From positions 434,001 to 498,000 of the forward strand of contig CM038998.1 of assembly GCA_017499595.2 (NCBI GenBank): a DNA stretch of 64,000 bases, in the 5' to 3' direction. This DNA is from Psilocybe cubensis (Eukaryota). The translations under genes were made by a program, and so were the position numbers. Below are positions 52,277 to 64,000 of the stretch, one piece after another (position 1 is the first letter of the stretch; each line of letters starts with the position of its first letter). The notes beneath the pieces were generated by a model, which saw nothing but the letters and a program-made list of their open reading frames with translations, searched no databases and was not told the origin of the DNA.

Positions 52277-55200
52277 GTTAGTGGCAAGTAAATGGGCGGT
52301 GGTATCGTGGTGCATCATAATCCAGTGGCGTCGGTGTGTATCTCTTTGCATCTGAGTTGCGATGTGATATCATGTTGGTGTCACACCGCTTACTTTTTTT
52401 CTTTTCTCTTTTGTTCTTTGTTTTTTTAGCTTCCAACGCGTCTCGGATTAAACTATTTTTGAAGTTCCCACTTCGACCCAGAGGAAATTTCCATCGCAAT
52501 TTCGTTCTTTTCTTCTACTTTTAATCGTTGCTGTCGTTGCATTTTTTTTTTTTCTTTGTTCGTTCTTTTTGATGATTTCATACCCCGCTGCACATATCGG
52601 CCATACTTCCAAAACCTCCTTCACAGTCTCATCACCACCAACACCATTATCATATATATGAACTTTCACCAACTGTCGCATTATTCTTCTATCCCGCACT
52701 ATGCCAAGTTCAAACCTTGGGAAACTTATCTTGTCTCCTTCTATCTCACCCATCTTCCACTATATTTTCAATGGCTTCTAATCTTTTCTTCGTTCTCTCC
52801 TTTTCTGCTTTTCAGTTCGATCATCATGATATGTCGAACCTTTTATTGTTGTTGCTGTTGTGGATGTGCTATTGCTTTTTCACTTGTTGTAGTTATATGT
52901 ACAATAAATTTCCGATTTTCGGCATTCTGAGAGGACCACCACCTTTGGTGGAAACTTGATTCTTACACCATTCCAAGCCTTTGAAATGTTGCCAATGAGC
53001 AAACGCAGGAGGTTACGCGTCGCGTCGCGGGTTAAAAATAGATATGGTAAATGTCCATCCTGAGCTTCCAGGTATTTGTGCCTTATGATCGGCGCAACCC
53101 GCTGGTTTTGACATATTATGAATGTGAGCGCGAGTTTAGAATTTCGCCGACGACTACTGAGCGCTGAGCGTTGAATCTAAACCATTTTCTTTGAGAAGAA
53201 TGTCCAAAAGAAATGGTCATTAGTACGGTGAACGCAAACCGCGCGCGGGCATCTCGGACGTTGGCTACGCGCCTTCTTCAGGGTTGAGAGAGATCATTTT
53301 CGGGTGTAGTATTCAGTGTTAGTGTTACTGAAAGGACTTGTACGTATATACGTCTATACACGGTGTAGAGCGTGGCGAAATGATCGACCTGGATCAACGC
53401 TCCGAGGTCAATTTGTGATCTCCTGTGGATCGTACCTCGGCCCGAGGCGCTTAAAGAAAAAGGTGCGCCTGTGTACAAAAATTACTGGTTCTGATTTTGT
53501 GTGTACTAGTCATCTTATTGAAATTCAGGTTTCTCTGTGTTTATAGAGTGGAAGTGTTTGCGATAATGTCTCAAGGATTTGTTTTTAAAAATGGCAGGAT
53601 GGCTTTGCGATTGCAGAAAATAAGCTGAAATGAGATTGAATATCTAGTCTAACTCTAGATGAATTTCTTGCGTTCTTAGTCTGAACAGCATCGCGACTCA
53701 GAGAGGGCGTAGATTGGATATTGGCGACGTTGGCTTATAAGCCATATGTACCGTATGCTTGTTCTTGTATTACGTATCCCCCAATCAACTCGGCATATTT
53801 CTCTGAGCGAAACGAACTTCGATAGATTTCGATGAGGCGGTCGAGTGAAAGACAAGCGACGCAAATCATGTTGTCGCTATCTAAAATATAAATGAGTCGC
53901 ATTTATCTCCCATCAAGGGATCCGGGGGCCGGGAGAGAGGGATCGTCGCTCAGATGTAGGCGGTTGCAAGGAATTATGACGATTACGGTTATGATGTTGA
54001 ACATCTTCTCTAGCAGGGCACAAGTCAATAAAGCGCTAGTCAAACGCGTACCACGGTGCACCTTCCTTCCACAGGCAAATATAAATGTAAGGCCCCATGA
54101 CGAGTGATTGAGAGCAGGATTTTTGCCATTATGAGAAAAACAAACAAACTCAACAACCAACTCGCGTGGAAGCGAAGGGGCCGAATGACCACAATGCTCA
54201 GACAGGAGATAATATCCATTAATTTAATTCATTCGTGATGCGCTCGCAGATTTGCATTCTACGAACTGATACGCCGCCGGGCGCAAATTCACTTCAAGTT
54301 GAACCACGGGAATAAGCGTAGAGTGGGTTCGCAGGCAGTTTTACGGTGATTGTCCTATACCGATTCTGATGGCAGGCTTATTCAAGCGCATTATATATTT
54401 AAAAACAATTCCAGCGAATCCCTGTGGGAGATAATCGATAAGGACGTAGGGAGGCTGAGTGTTGAACGTTGAAACGTTGAGAGCTGGCACATTGGTAGAT
54501 GTTCACCAAACATAGCATATAGAAGGTCCGAGTCATATCAGACGGTGAAAAACGGTACAAATAGTTCCTATGAGAGAAAATATTAGTCTGACTTGATCAA
54601 AGCCAGGAAACAGTGGGTAAAGCTACTGGTCTGTGCTGTTCGACTGGGTGATTTGACAGATCATCGATGGCATTATATGAAATGAGTTGATGAAGGATTC
54701 CAATTTAGCATTAGGGATCATCCGAGCTGGTTCAATTGATCGATGTTTTAGGTATTTTACAGCATCCTTGAATTTCCGGCGAAGCTCGCGCGTCTGCTCA
54801 CCTCACCTCAATCTGCAAAATCTCTGCTTTCTTCTGTAAGAATCTTGATACTGAGTGACTATGAGATATTTTACAGCCTTAATAATTCTCGATGTTTTTC
54901 AGCGACAAGTTGTAGTGTGTCCCTTGTCGTCAACAAGTTAAGGCTGTACTAGGTACTACCTGCATAGGCACGCGAACCGGAAGATAAAAATATGAATTGG
55001 ATCTACCATGTGTTCCATTTAACTCCGTATGGTTACCAATTCCGCGACGCTATATAAGAAAGAAGGATGCGTTGACAAATCCCCACCACTTGTAGTGTGT
55101 CCCTCACGAACTTAACGAATTTACATGTACGTCTCCAGCTCCTCTATCTGTTTGTTCAGTTGCTAATCCTACATGCATTTTCTCCAGTCGGCGCTGACTT

Positions 55201-55317
55201 GCTGGCCAAGACACTGCTCGAGTTCAATCAATCAATAAACAACAATTTACCGTCTTCCTTCTCGCATTTTACGACACCTCTTTTTACTTGAACGTTATCA
55301 CAGAAAAGCATATCACA

Positions 55318-56619
55318 ATGGCACCCAAATCTATCCTTCGCAATGGAATGTCTATGCAATCTCGCAATATGCTCCAGAAATCCGGTGCTTTACGTTCGAA
55401 CCTCAAGCGCCCTGCGCCTTTGCCCCTGTCTCCTTTATCGCAGAATGCTAGCTTCTCTGTCCTCTCGTCTCCCACAGGAAAGGCTCTGAAGTCTGCACAT
55501 GTCCACTTCCCACCTTCACCGACTCAGCTGGCGGCCACATACACTACCCATGGACCCAAATCGTACGATCGCGGTCCTATCTCTGTTTCGCCCAACCCTC
55601 TTAACCTCCCTGGTTGGGGTGAACGTGTTTATTCGCCATCCATAGATGGATTCAGACTTTCAGCTGTACCCAGACCTTTCCGTACTCTCACTTATCAAGC
55701 GTCTCCGGTAATCACGGAGTTTGAGGATCCCCGCTCACCCAAGCTCCCTGCCCCAGCCGCCGTTGGCAAGGAGAATCGGAATAATTCGATACGCTTCGCG
55801 CCCTTTACCAGCGTACAAACATCGACTCGTTCTGCCCGACAATCGTTGTCTTCTTTGCCCCGTTCCCCATACCCATCGGCTCCTAATTCTCCTGCCGCTG
55901 AGAACAGCGATGTCGACCTCGAGATGGAGACCCGCGGCCGTCCATTGACCCGAAATCGCGACGTTAATAACAATGTCACCATCCTCGACGGACCATCGCG
56001 TGCACGCGCTCGGGCAGCTTCGATTGAGGAGCGTCACAACAAGAGGAACAAGAAGGGTTTAACCCTCGGCGGACGTGTCTCGATGAACCCTATTTCCAAC
56101 GTCATCGGCAACTCTCAGTTCACCCCTGGTCCATCACCTCTGGGACGTTCCATTTTTAGCCCTGCCGTCGCGTCTCTGAACCGCCCCAACAAACCTGCGC
56201 CCCTCGCTATGGATTCGCTCACCCAGGCTTTCTGGCAATCCGTGTCACTCGAGGAGCCAGCATCAGCAGACGAACCTATGGTCACAGCACTGGAGTACCC
56301 GGAGAGTGCAGTGACGTACGAAGAGAAATTGGATATGACACTGCGCGCTGCTGCACAGCCCCCTTTGATGTATGCTGCCGCCGACGGCGCCTTGTGGTCG
56401 CCTGCTCTGCCAGTCCCAGGAGCCAAGGTCGATCGCATTAGGGAAAGTTTGATGAGCCCGGGAGTTGCCAAGTCGTTTGAGAGTAAGGTTGTGCGGAGGG
56501 ACTTCACTGCACCGTCGCCTAACGACCCTTTTGCTGCGTTCCCCTCTTTCGCTGCCGCGCTAGAGCGAGGAGCGGAGCAGATTCGTTACCCACCGCGAGC
56601 TGCTGTTCAGATGTCATGA
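55318..56619 (+). CDS. Ser/Pro-rich hypothetical protein with KSILR and HVHFPPSP...YDR.PI.VSPN motif
   Basis: Uninterrupted 433-codon ORF from ATG 55318; TATA at about 55052; probable 5' UTR intron near 55127-55187. Confidence 0.85.
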   Translation: MAPKSILRNGMSMQSRNMLQKSGALRSNLKRPAPLPLSPLSQNASFSVLSSPTGKALKSAHVHFPPSPTQLAATYTTHGPKSYDRGPISVSPNPLNLPGWGERVYSPSIDGFRLSAVPRPFRTLTYQASPVITEFEDPRSPKLPAPAAVGKENRNNSIRFAPFTSVQTSTRSARQSLSSLPRSPYPSAPNSPAAENSDVDLEMETRGRPLTRNRDVNNNVTILDGPSRARARAASIEERHNKRNKKGLTLGGRVSMNPISNVIGNSQFTPGPSPLGRSIFSPAVASLNRPNKPAPLAMDSLTQAFWQSVSLEEPASADEPMVTALEYPESAVTYEEKLDMTLRAAAQPPLMYAAADGALWSPALPVPGAKVDRIRESLMSPGVAKSFESKVVRRDFTAPSPNDPFAAFPSFAAALERGAEQIRYPPRAAVQMS

Positions 56620-57317
56620 AGGCATAGTAGTAGGTTGGTTGGGGAGGTGTATAGTCTTCTTGGAGAGAGGTTGAGGTTCTCGATCCCAAGCATGGTGTCG
56701 CCATTTCGTGGGGTAATTCTGTTGATAGAATGAGGCCTGTCTGCTGAGAAAGAGATTATCTTGTTGTTCATTTGGGCTCCCGGTGTGTTTGTCTATACAG
56801 TAAAGCCTGTCCATAAGCGTCAGGATCCTCACGTTAAGTATCGACGTCGACTGATGGTTATTTCTTCACGATAACCTACATTTTCCTGGATTTTACATTT
56901 TGTTGCCATATTGCTGTCATTGCTTTCTGGAATTATTTTTTTTGCAGGATTTTTGTGGCGTCTGTCTGCTTCAATTACATTTCACTACACGTTTCATTAG
57001 TCCTAACTGTTAGCATTGAATTGTGTCTCTTGAGCGCACGCTAGACGCAATATTGCTGTCACCATTCATTGACAGCCTTGGGGATAACGCACATATCCTT
57101 ATCCCTATAGATTGAACCGGTTTGGTTTGCTTTCGGTGATCCACTTTTAAAGTAACACAGACTACGGTGATTGGTCGCTGCCACCCCGAAAAAGGTCGCT
57201 CGAGCACTGACTGTCAAATTCGTCAGTAGACTATCACACCAGCGAAGAGTTAGCCTCAGACTCTGGTGGTTGTAAGTATGTCGATCATTGTCAACGTCAA
57301 ATGCTACCACGTTAAGT

Positions 57318-58453
57318 GGGGATGTCCAATCCCCGGTTAGTGTGACACCAAGTGACAGGCAAGGTCACACCTGTGACCAGGCAATTTCTTGAGACATCGA
57401 GTTTGTGCTTTGCACAAATCAAGGTTTCGCCATTTTTTATGTCAATAGAGGCAGAAGATAGTTTATCTCTGGACCTATGGTATTAATTAGCTGTAAAAAG
57501 TTGTCAATGTGTTTTAAATGCTTAATCAAGGTGTTTTGCCTGCCAAATTTAGACCTCAAAGATATTTATGCATTATCTCCTCAAGAAATACACATATAGG
57601 TATGATCTGTAGAGTTTTTTTCATTAGAATTGAATTTGGAATCGACCTATCAGAGCCAAATTTTGAAATTCTTCCTGGTTTCTGAGATATACGTGTAAAA
57701 TAGGCACTTTAACATACTTAGAGGCACAATATAAAAAATCTGCTCTGATAGAGTTGTGGAATATAGAAATTAGATTACTTTATGTCTGCAAAACTACTTG
57801 CAGTTTTGAGGCTGTAATGAGTTGATAGCCAAATACTGGTTATGGATCAATATTACTACCATTATATATATCATAGATGTTATTGATTACATTATATATC
57901 GTTGAACTGAAATGCCCTTTAAAATAGCATTCCAGCGCAGTTAAAATCATGAGATTTGGTGAAGAAATGACCATTTTACACCTTTAACAATTTTTGGCCT
58001 TTGGATGGCTGGGAGCGGGAGCCACTCTCAGCCGCGTCTATTTTTGGCTGTGTCATTCAGCATTGACCATGTTTAGACGAGAGAGCATATCTACATGAAT
58101 TCTGCACCGATTTTCATGATTCAAGATGATAAATGCTTGGTTTTTTAAAGTCAACATGTCTATTCTCATCTCAAATTCCAAACCATATTTCTCAGATCTG
58201 CAGCATGCAAGTTCTCTTTGTTATCATCATGTGATTTTTGATAAATCACTTATTTCATGTACTATTTGCATTCAAGCCTTACTTTTAAGACTCAAATGTG
58301 TGTTATATGTGTGTTGGACTTCATTAGTTCTGAATTATAAGAAGGTAACTGTCTAGAATGAAGAAATATAGGCATGTATCAGGTTTTGTGACAAAACCTT
58401 GCGTGACGCGTGATTATCCCTGCCTGTCACGCTATCAGGGATTGTGCAACACC
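57318..58453. mobile_element. Non-autonomous TIR element, MULE-like (GG...CC termini, 9-bp TSD ACGTTAAGT)
   Basis: Imperfect TIRs ggggatgtccaatccccggttagtgtgaca and ggtgttgcacaatccctgatagcgtgaca; ACGTTAAGT at 57309-57317 and 58454-58462; AT-rich interior. The TSD/TIR boundary is ambiguous (5-9 bp). Confidence 0.72.
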
Positions 58454-59723
58454 ACGTTAAGTACGTTATATCTGTATAACGGAGATCCTCGGAACGTTAT
58501 CTACTTCCGAGTCGATGCGGACTCGGAGGTAGGATCATAGTGTCCGACCCATAACAATCCCATGTGAAGTGCTTTAATTGTGTCACTATAAATCTGAAAA
58601 ATCTGTTTTGTTACAATAAATGTGAAACCAGTACTTTATTTTAGGCTGTTAGTGATATCTATAGTTTTGCAAAATATGGGACTTGACCTGGGCAAAAAAA
58701 GGGGCGTGGAACACTGGGACGCGTCAGTCATGTGACCATGGAACACTCTAGCTTAGTCAGCGCACTCACGACCTGGGCCTAAACATGAAGGAGTCTCAAC
58801 TCGACTTCGACTCGTCCATTACAACGTTCAACGAAGTATCGACAGCAACAGGAATCATCGCTCTCTTTTTCGAAAAGCCTGCATTTACACTACTTTGAAA
58901 TGCACGCTTTCAAAAAACTTGACAAATTCAACACACCTTTGCTGTTTGCTATTTTTTTCCAGTGCTGGTTAGTCGACGTTCTCGGACCAACTGTCGGTCA
59001 ATAGTAATGGATCTTCCGGAACATATCTCACTGCCTCTATACTGCTTTGTGCCATACTGAGATATGACGTGTAAAGACCAGTTCTCGATGATTCCATCCG
59101 GCACAAGTTCGACAATTGGTACTTGTCTGGTAGCGCGCCACTTCAACCGGCTCCACACGGGAAAGGCACGACAATATGACACATGCCGCACCTTTAAAAA
59201 CTTTGTTCCTCCCGTGTTGTACATGATGCCCAGCCATATCTGACATCTCACTCGTCTTAACAAAGAATGCTTCAACTCTCTTTGCATAGTCTCGACCCAA
59301 TCTTCGTGGGATTCCTTTGGTGGGGACTATAACTAGCCGACAGGATCGCAATCAAAGCTGACTGGATTATAACTTGATATCAGACGGCCTGCAAGGCTCG
59401 AAACAATCTGCAGCTTACACCAGGTATGTCAGTACTCCTTACTCTATCTACTTCATCCTGACACATCGCACTTGCAGCCGCGTATCGTATCGTTGACCTG
59501 TCAAGCGTATAAGCACGAGGCTGATGGCTTTTCAGTGATTTAGGAGTCATCGTATAAATCGCTGAAGTCGCCTTTGTGGGCTCTGGTTTGCCGGTCAAGC
59601 CATTGGGTACATATATAGAGGGACACATTAAAGCCTGCGTCCCTCAACCATCCAATAATTTGCAGTGATTCAAGTCTATCGATATTTGCCTCTTCTGTCT
59701 CCTATCAAGTAGCAGCACCAGGA

Positions 59724-60695
59724 ATGTCTCCGCGTCCGATCCTCAAATCTCAACCTCATCTGTCCTCCTTCCCCTTCATCGATGATAGCTTTAACAATTC
59801 CGAGTTTCCCACCCCAAATTGCTGGAATAACGCACTGCCCTTCGCAGATTCCCGAATTCCTCCGTTCGATTCTCCGCATGTCCACTTTCCACCCACACCT
59901 ACTTTGACGAGGATTGAGATGACGCATTCTCCCTTTTCGTATGATCGAAAGCCAATTTCAGTTTCCCCCAATGCATGCGCACTCCCGGAACGCGGAGAAA
60001 GGGATGTGATAAACATTGATGGATCTGAGGACAGTTCAAACAGCAGTGGATCTTCAGGAAGTTACGGTGGTTATTTTCCTCCCCACATAAAAGAATCTCG
60101 TGCGGAAGCATACATAAATTCATCTTCATCTTTTCCACGTTCAGGTCCAACACACGATGGCACAGAACAAGGTACTTCGCGTCCATCACGCCCGCATTTT
60201 TCTCGCCATCAAACGCCCTATCACGCCCCCTCACAAATTACTCCTCATGATCCACATGGTTGCCCACCTGCACTCATCTTTGAACCGTCCTCGGAGTCCG
60301 AATCTGATTCATGCATTTCTCCACCGATGGACATGCCAATATCGACAGCGGGCATTTCACATATCTCGACGCATTTTTCAAACGGCGAGATGTCTGTGTG
60401 TCCGAATGATCAAGGTCGCTTTTCTTTTATATCTAGGAGCGGCAAGGAAAATGCACTGCGTGATATTCTCATGGACCCAGACAAGCGAATAGGGAAAAAG
60501 AGCAGGACAAGAACCCATTTCAAAGAAAGTCCGGAGTGGTATTCGGGATCTACCAGCGATTCTGCTGCTGCTGCTGTTGTTGAAGGAATATCGAAGTACC
60601 GCGCTAGACGCAGTCGTGGAGGTACATCTCATGACTGCACTAGCGCGAATCCATTCTGTGAATCTGGCTTGGACGGATGCTTGGGAGGGTTTTAG
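59724..60695 (+). CDS. Ser-rich hypothetical protein with RPILK and HVHFPPTP...YDR.PI.VSPN motif, ending DGCLGGF
   Basis: Uninterrupted 323-aa ORF, TATA at about 59610, shares a roughly 45-aa motif with 55318-56619. Confidence 0.85.
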   Translation: MSPRPILKSQPHLSSFPFIDDSFNNSEFPTPNCWNNALPFADSRIPPFDSPHVHFPPTPTLTRIEMTHSPFSYDRKPISVSPNACALPERGERDVINIDGSEDSSNSSGSSGSYGGYFPPHIKESRAEAYINSSSSFPRSGPTHDGTEQGTSRPSRPHFSRHQTPYHAPSQITPHDPHGCPPALIFEPSSESESDSCISPPMDMPISTAGISHISTHFSNGEMSVCPNDQGRFSFISRSGKENALRDILMDPDKRIGKKSRTRTHFKESPEWYSGSTSDSAAAAVVEGISKYRARRSRGGTSHDCTSANPFCESGLDGCLGGF

Positions 60696-60984
60696 ACATT
60701 TGGATGTTTTTATCTAGAGTTTGTCGCTGCAGAGTGACGACAGATACCAGTACAAATTAGCTGGGACATTTTAGGTGTTATTCTATAGCTTACTTCCAGG
60801 ACAAGACCTGTATGAATTTTTATCGGTGGTCATTGACTTTTCACAAACTCCAAAACTACTTTTCACTTCTAGAATCACTGACGGCGTGCCCGGCACTAAG
60901 TAGATTGCCCATTACGTAATATGCATATTTCGAACTCAGGCCTTTCTCGCGGAGAACCCCTTGCGAGCAAGTCAACGTCTTCCA

Positions 60985-63900
60985 ATGCCAGTGACCTCTT
61001 TTCCTCCACCAAAGGATGTCTTTGACGACGATGACGACGACGGATGGCAGGACATGCCAATTGTCCGCGAAGACACCTCTGCTAGCGGTCTAGATGAGGA
61101 AGACCAGAAGAAGTACCATTATCAAGCCTCGACTACCAATTCCAAGACGGCTGCCAATGCTACGGGAAACCTGATAGACGTTGACGATCTTGGGAACGAA
61201 TGGCGCTCGAAGATTGACCAGAATGAGAGCGAATATACTCGACTGCGAGTTAATGAGGAGGATGAGGCCGATGAAGTGCACCTGCGCACGCGATACCTGT
61301 TCGACGAGGACAAGGCCATGACTCCGCTCAGCCAGATGCAGGCAACGAAGAACTTGCTCACAGAGGCTCAGCGCATTGCCTATGTTGGTCTATGTGCATT
61401 GACAAGTCGGGAAATGGTTCAGAACTTGAAGGTGGTTCATCGGAAAGAACTGAAGGCGTCCATCACCAGTATGGAGCTTTGGGCTCTCAAGATCATGGGC
61501 AGATTGTACTATCATATGGAATTGGAAACACCAGGTGAGCATCGCTGTACCGTGTCTATAATACCGGGCGTTGCTGATTATAGTTTACAGAACAGAAGAT
61601 GATCGAAAGTCTGGGCGAGCATGGTGTACTGGCTTCGGATCTAGTACCAGCGTTGATGACTACGCATACGGTCGCGAACCCTGAATACGATCCAGAAGAA
61701 GCTCGCAGACAAGCTGAAGACGCCATTAACAATCCGGCTCCTGAGGAAGAGGATGACGACGCAGAAGAGGATGATATATCCATATCGGACCAGACGCTTG
61801 TTAATCAACCTCTATCTAAATCAGATTCGGAGGGGAATAAGACGCCTACTTTGGTCTCCTCGCCAAACATTTCCAAGGAAGATACTCACTCCCCTCGTGA
61901 AGGCGGGCCCCTGAAGCAAGTGCCAACAACCACCAAAGTCCTGCAAGAATCATCGACAGCTGCCATCGCCGGAGTCACGACATCGCTATCGTCTACAGAT
62001 CAAAATGTCACCCTGGATATCCGCTGGACTGTACTTTGTGATCTCTTCTTGATCCTGATAGCCGACAGTGTATATGATGCACGCTCAAGGGTGCTTTTAG
62101 AGCAGGTCGCGTATAAGCTGGGTCTGGGGTGGCTTGATGTTGTGAAGTTTGAAAGTCGGGTAACCCAGGCGCTCGAGATTCAGGAAGACGTGGAAACGTT
62201 AGAGCAGCAAAGTTCAGTAGAGGGTGCTAGGAAGGCCGGGACAAAGCGACGTTACATGATGTTGGGATTGGCTACCATTGGTACTTACCCCTTAAAATGC
62301 CTCTGATTCTGTCTGACATTTTTGTTTAGGTGGAGGACTCGTTATTGGACTTTCTGCTGGACTTCTGGCTCCTGTCATTGGTCTCGGTCTGGCCGGAGCT
62401 CTCACCACCGTTGGCGTTACTGGGACTGGAGCTTTCCTGGGTGGTGCAGCAGGCGCCGCCGTTATCACAACAGGCGGCGTGCTGACTGGCTCAGGTATTG
62501 CTGTGCGCGGTATGGTCAAACGAACTCAGCAAGTCCGAACATTTGACATTCTTCCACTTCACAACAACAAACGCGTAAATTGTATTCTCACAGTCCCTGG
62601 GTGGGTTTGATTTGTCACAGATGCTGAAGTGAATGATTTAATTTGTTACAGCTTTATGAATGGAATGAACGATGATGTACGTTTACCGTTCAGCGTGCTT
62701 GACCCCATCGTCGGTGACGTTTTTAGCGTACTTTGGGAACCGGAGATGATCAGGGAGACTGGTAGTGCGTTGAAGATCTTGACAGGAGAGGTGTTGTCGC
62801 AGATTGGAATGACGGTATTGCAGGCTACAGTCATGACTGGGTTAATGTCTGCCTTACAGTGGCCAATTAGTGCGTGGTCTTGTTATTTTTCATCTATTCT
62901 TTTGACGCTGACGGGCTTCTGCGATTCAGTTCTGACAAAACTCGGCTATCTCATTGATAATCCGTGGAGTAACGCCCTCGACAGAGCCAAATCGGCGGGT
63001 AAAGTTTTGGCGGATGTTCTTATCAACCGCCATCTCGGCGTCCGTCCCATCACGTTGATAGGCTTCTCTCTTGGTGCCCGAGTGATATTTTACGCCCTTC
63101 TAGAGCTCGCAAAGCAGAAGCAGTTTGGAATTGTCCAGGATGTGTTTTTGCTAGGAGCAACTCTCACTGTGTCGCAGAAGACGTGGTGCGAGACTCGTTC
63201 AGTGGTCTCGGGACGATATGTCAACGCGTTTGCCCGGAACGATTGGGTACTCAATTATCTTTTCAGAGCGTCGAGTGGTACAGTGGGTACAGTCGCTGGG
63301 CTGAGGCCTATTGAGGGTGTACCTGGGTTGGAGAACGTTGATGTGACAGACAAAATTGCGGGGCATATGAGCTATCGGACATTCATGCCTCTTATTCTAG
63401 ACCAGCTAGGGTTCCCTGTGTTTTCTGATTACTTTGACGAACCAGAGGTTAGTCTTAATTCATTCTTTTGTTTAGAACCTCTGTCATTGACTTCGTTCCA
63501 GGAACCCGATTTCGATGAAGATAGGATAGTAGTTAGGGAAGAGGATAATCAGAAGAAGTCTGGCTGGTTTTCGCGGAAGAGCACCAACACTACACCTCAG
63601 AAATACGTCCAGCGTCCACCATCCTCTTCTACATTCGGTAACCTGAAGCACCGCACTCAAACAAACGGGTCTGCTGGAAAGGATGCGTCTGCTGAAGACG
63701 ACGACCTCCCACCTCGGATGGACTCTTCTTCTCACATTTCAAGGAAATCTCATGATGATGATTCGACATTAGCGGGTTCTGGGAAGAATACACCGACTTC
63801 TTCACGGCCCACAACACCAACATCATCTCAAGGTCCCTCTGCATCTTCATCCCACTTACCCCTTCATGCCGGTTTCGACTTAAGCGCTATCAAGAGTGTG

Positions 63901-64000
63901 CTTAGTGAAGTCGAACAGGACCCTAGTAAAGGTGCTTTACCGCAAACTTCAAATGTGACATTGGCCAAAAATCATTTGACGAGACTTGATCCACCTCCTG
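60985..64000 (+). CDS. DUF726 / TMCO4 / Mil1-like alpha/beta-hydrolase membrane protein (runs off the window end)
   Basis: LDIRWTVLCDLFLILIADSVYDARSR, Gly-rich TM block GGGLVIGLSAGLLAP, IDNPWSNALDRA, RPITLIGFSLGARVIF (GxSxG), NDWVLNYLFR, IAGHMSYR. Confidence 0.92.

Overview
Intron-rich fungal DNA (short GT-AG introns of about 50-60 nt; gene content points to an agaric basidiomycete). Conserved genes: a CBM21/PP1-targeting subunit (Gac1-like), ubiquitin-L40, an RRM-less CstF-64/Rna15-like protein, SNF1 kinase, a DUF726 lipase-like protein, a DUF6697-like protein, a nucleotidyltransferase-fold protein, a jacalin lectin with two broken copies, two 4-TM paralogs and two related SILK/HVHF proteins. 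The left 36 kb carries five paralogs (A-E) of an uncharacterised, roughly 750-aa, signal-peptide-less protein built from a duplicated 'FR(D/N)...(S/T)PDI...N.(I/V)(Y/F).RG...L(W/Y)P' module. The main observation is that three of the five paralogs are each interrupted inside an N-terminal exon by a different 1.1-1.2 kb non-autonomous TIR element. All three end in TATGG...CCATA, two have perfect 6-bp TSDs (IS3EU-like signature), and all junctions fall on codon boundaries. I saw no such element elsewhere in the window. Other mobile DNA: a poly(A) retro-insertion with a 13-bp TSD, two CAC...GTG MITEs with 3-bp TSDs and a MULE-like element. Exon models were read by eye and family names rest on motif recognition, not database searches.
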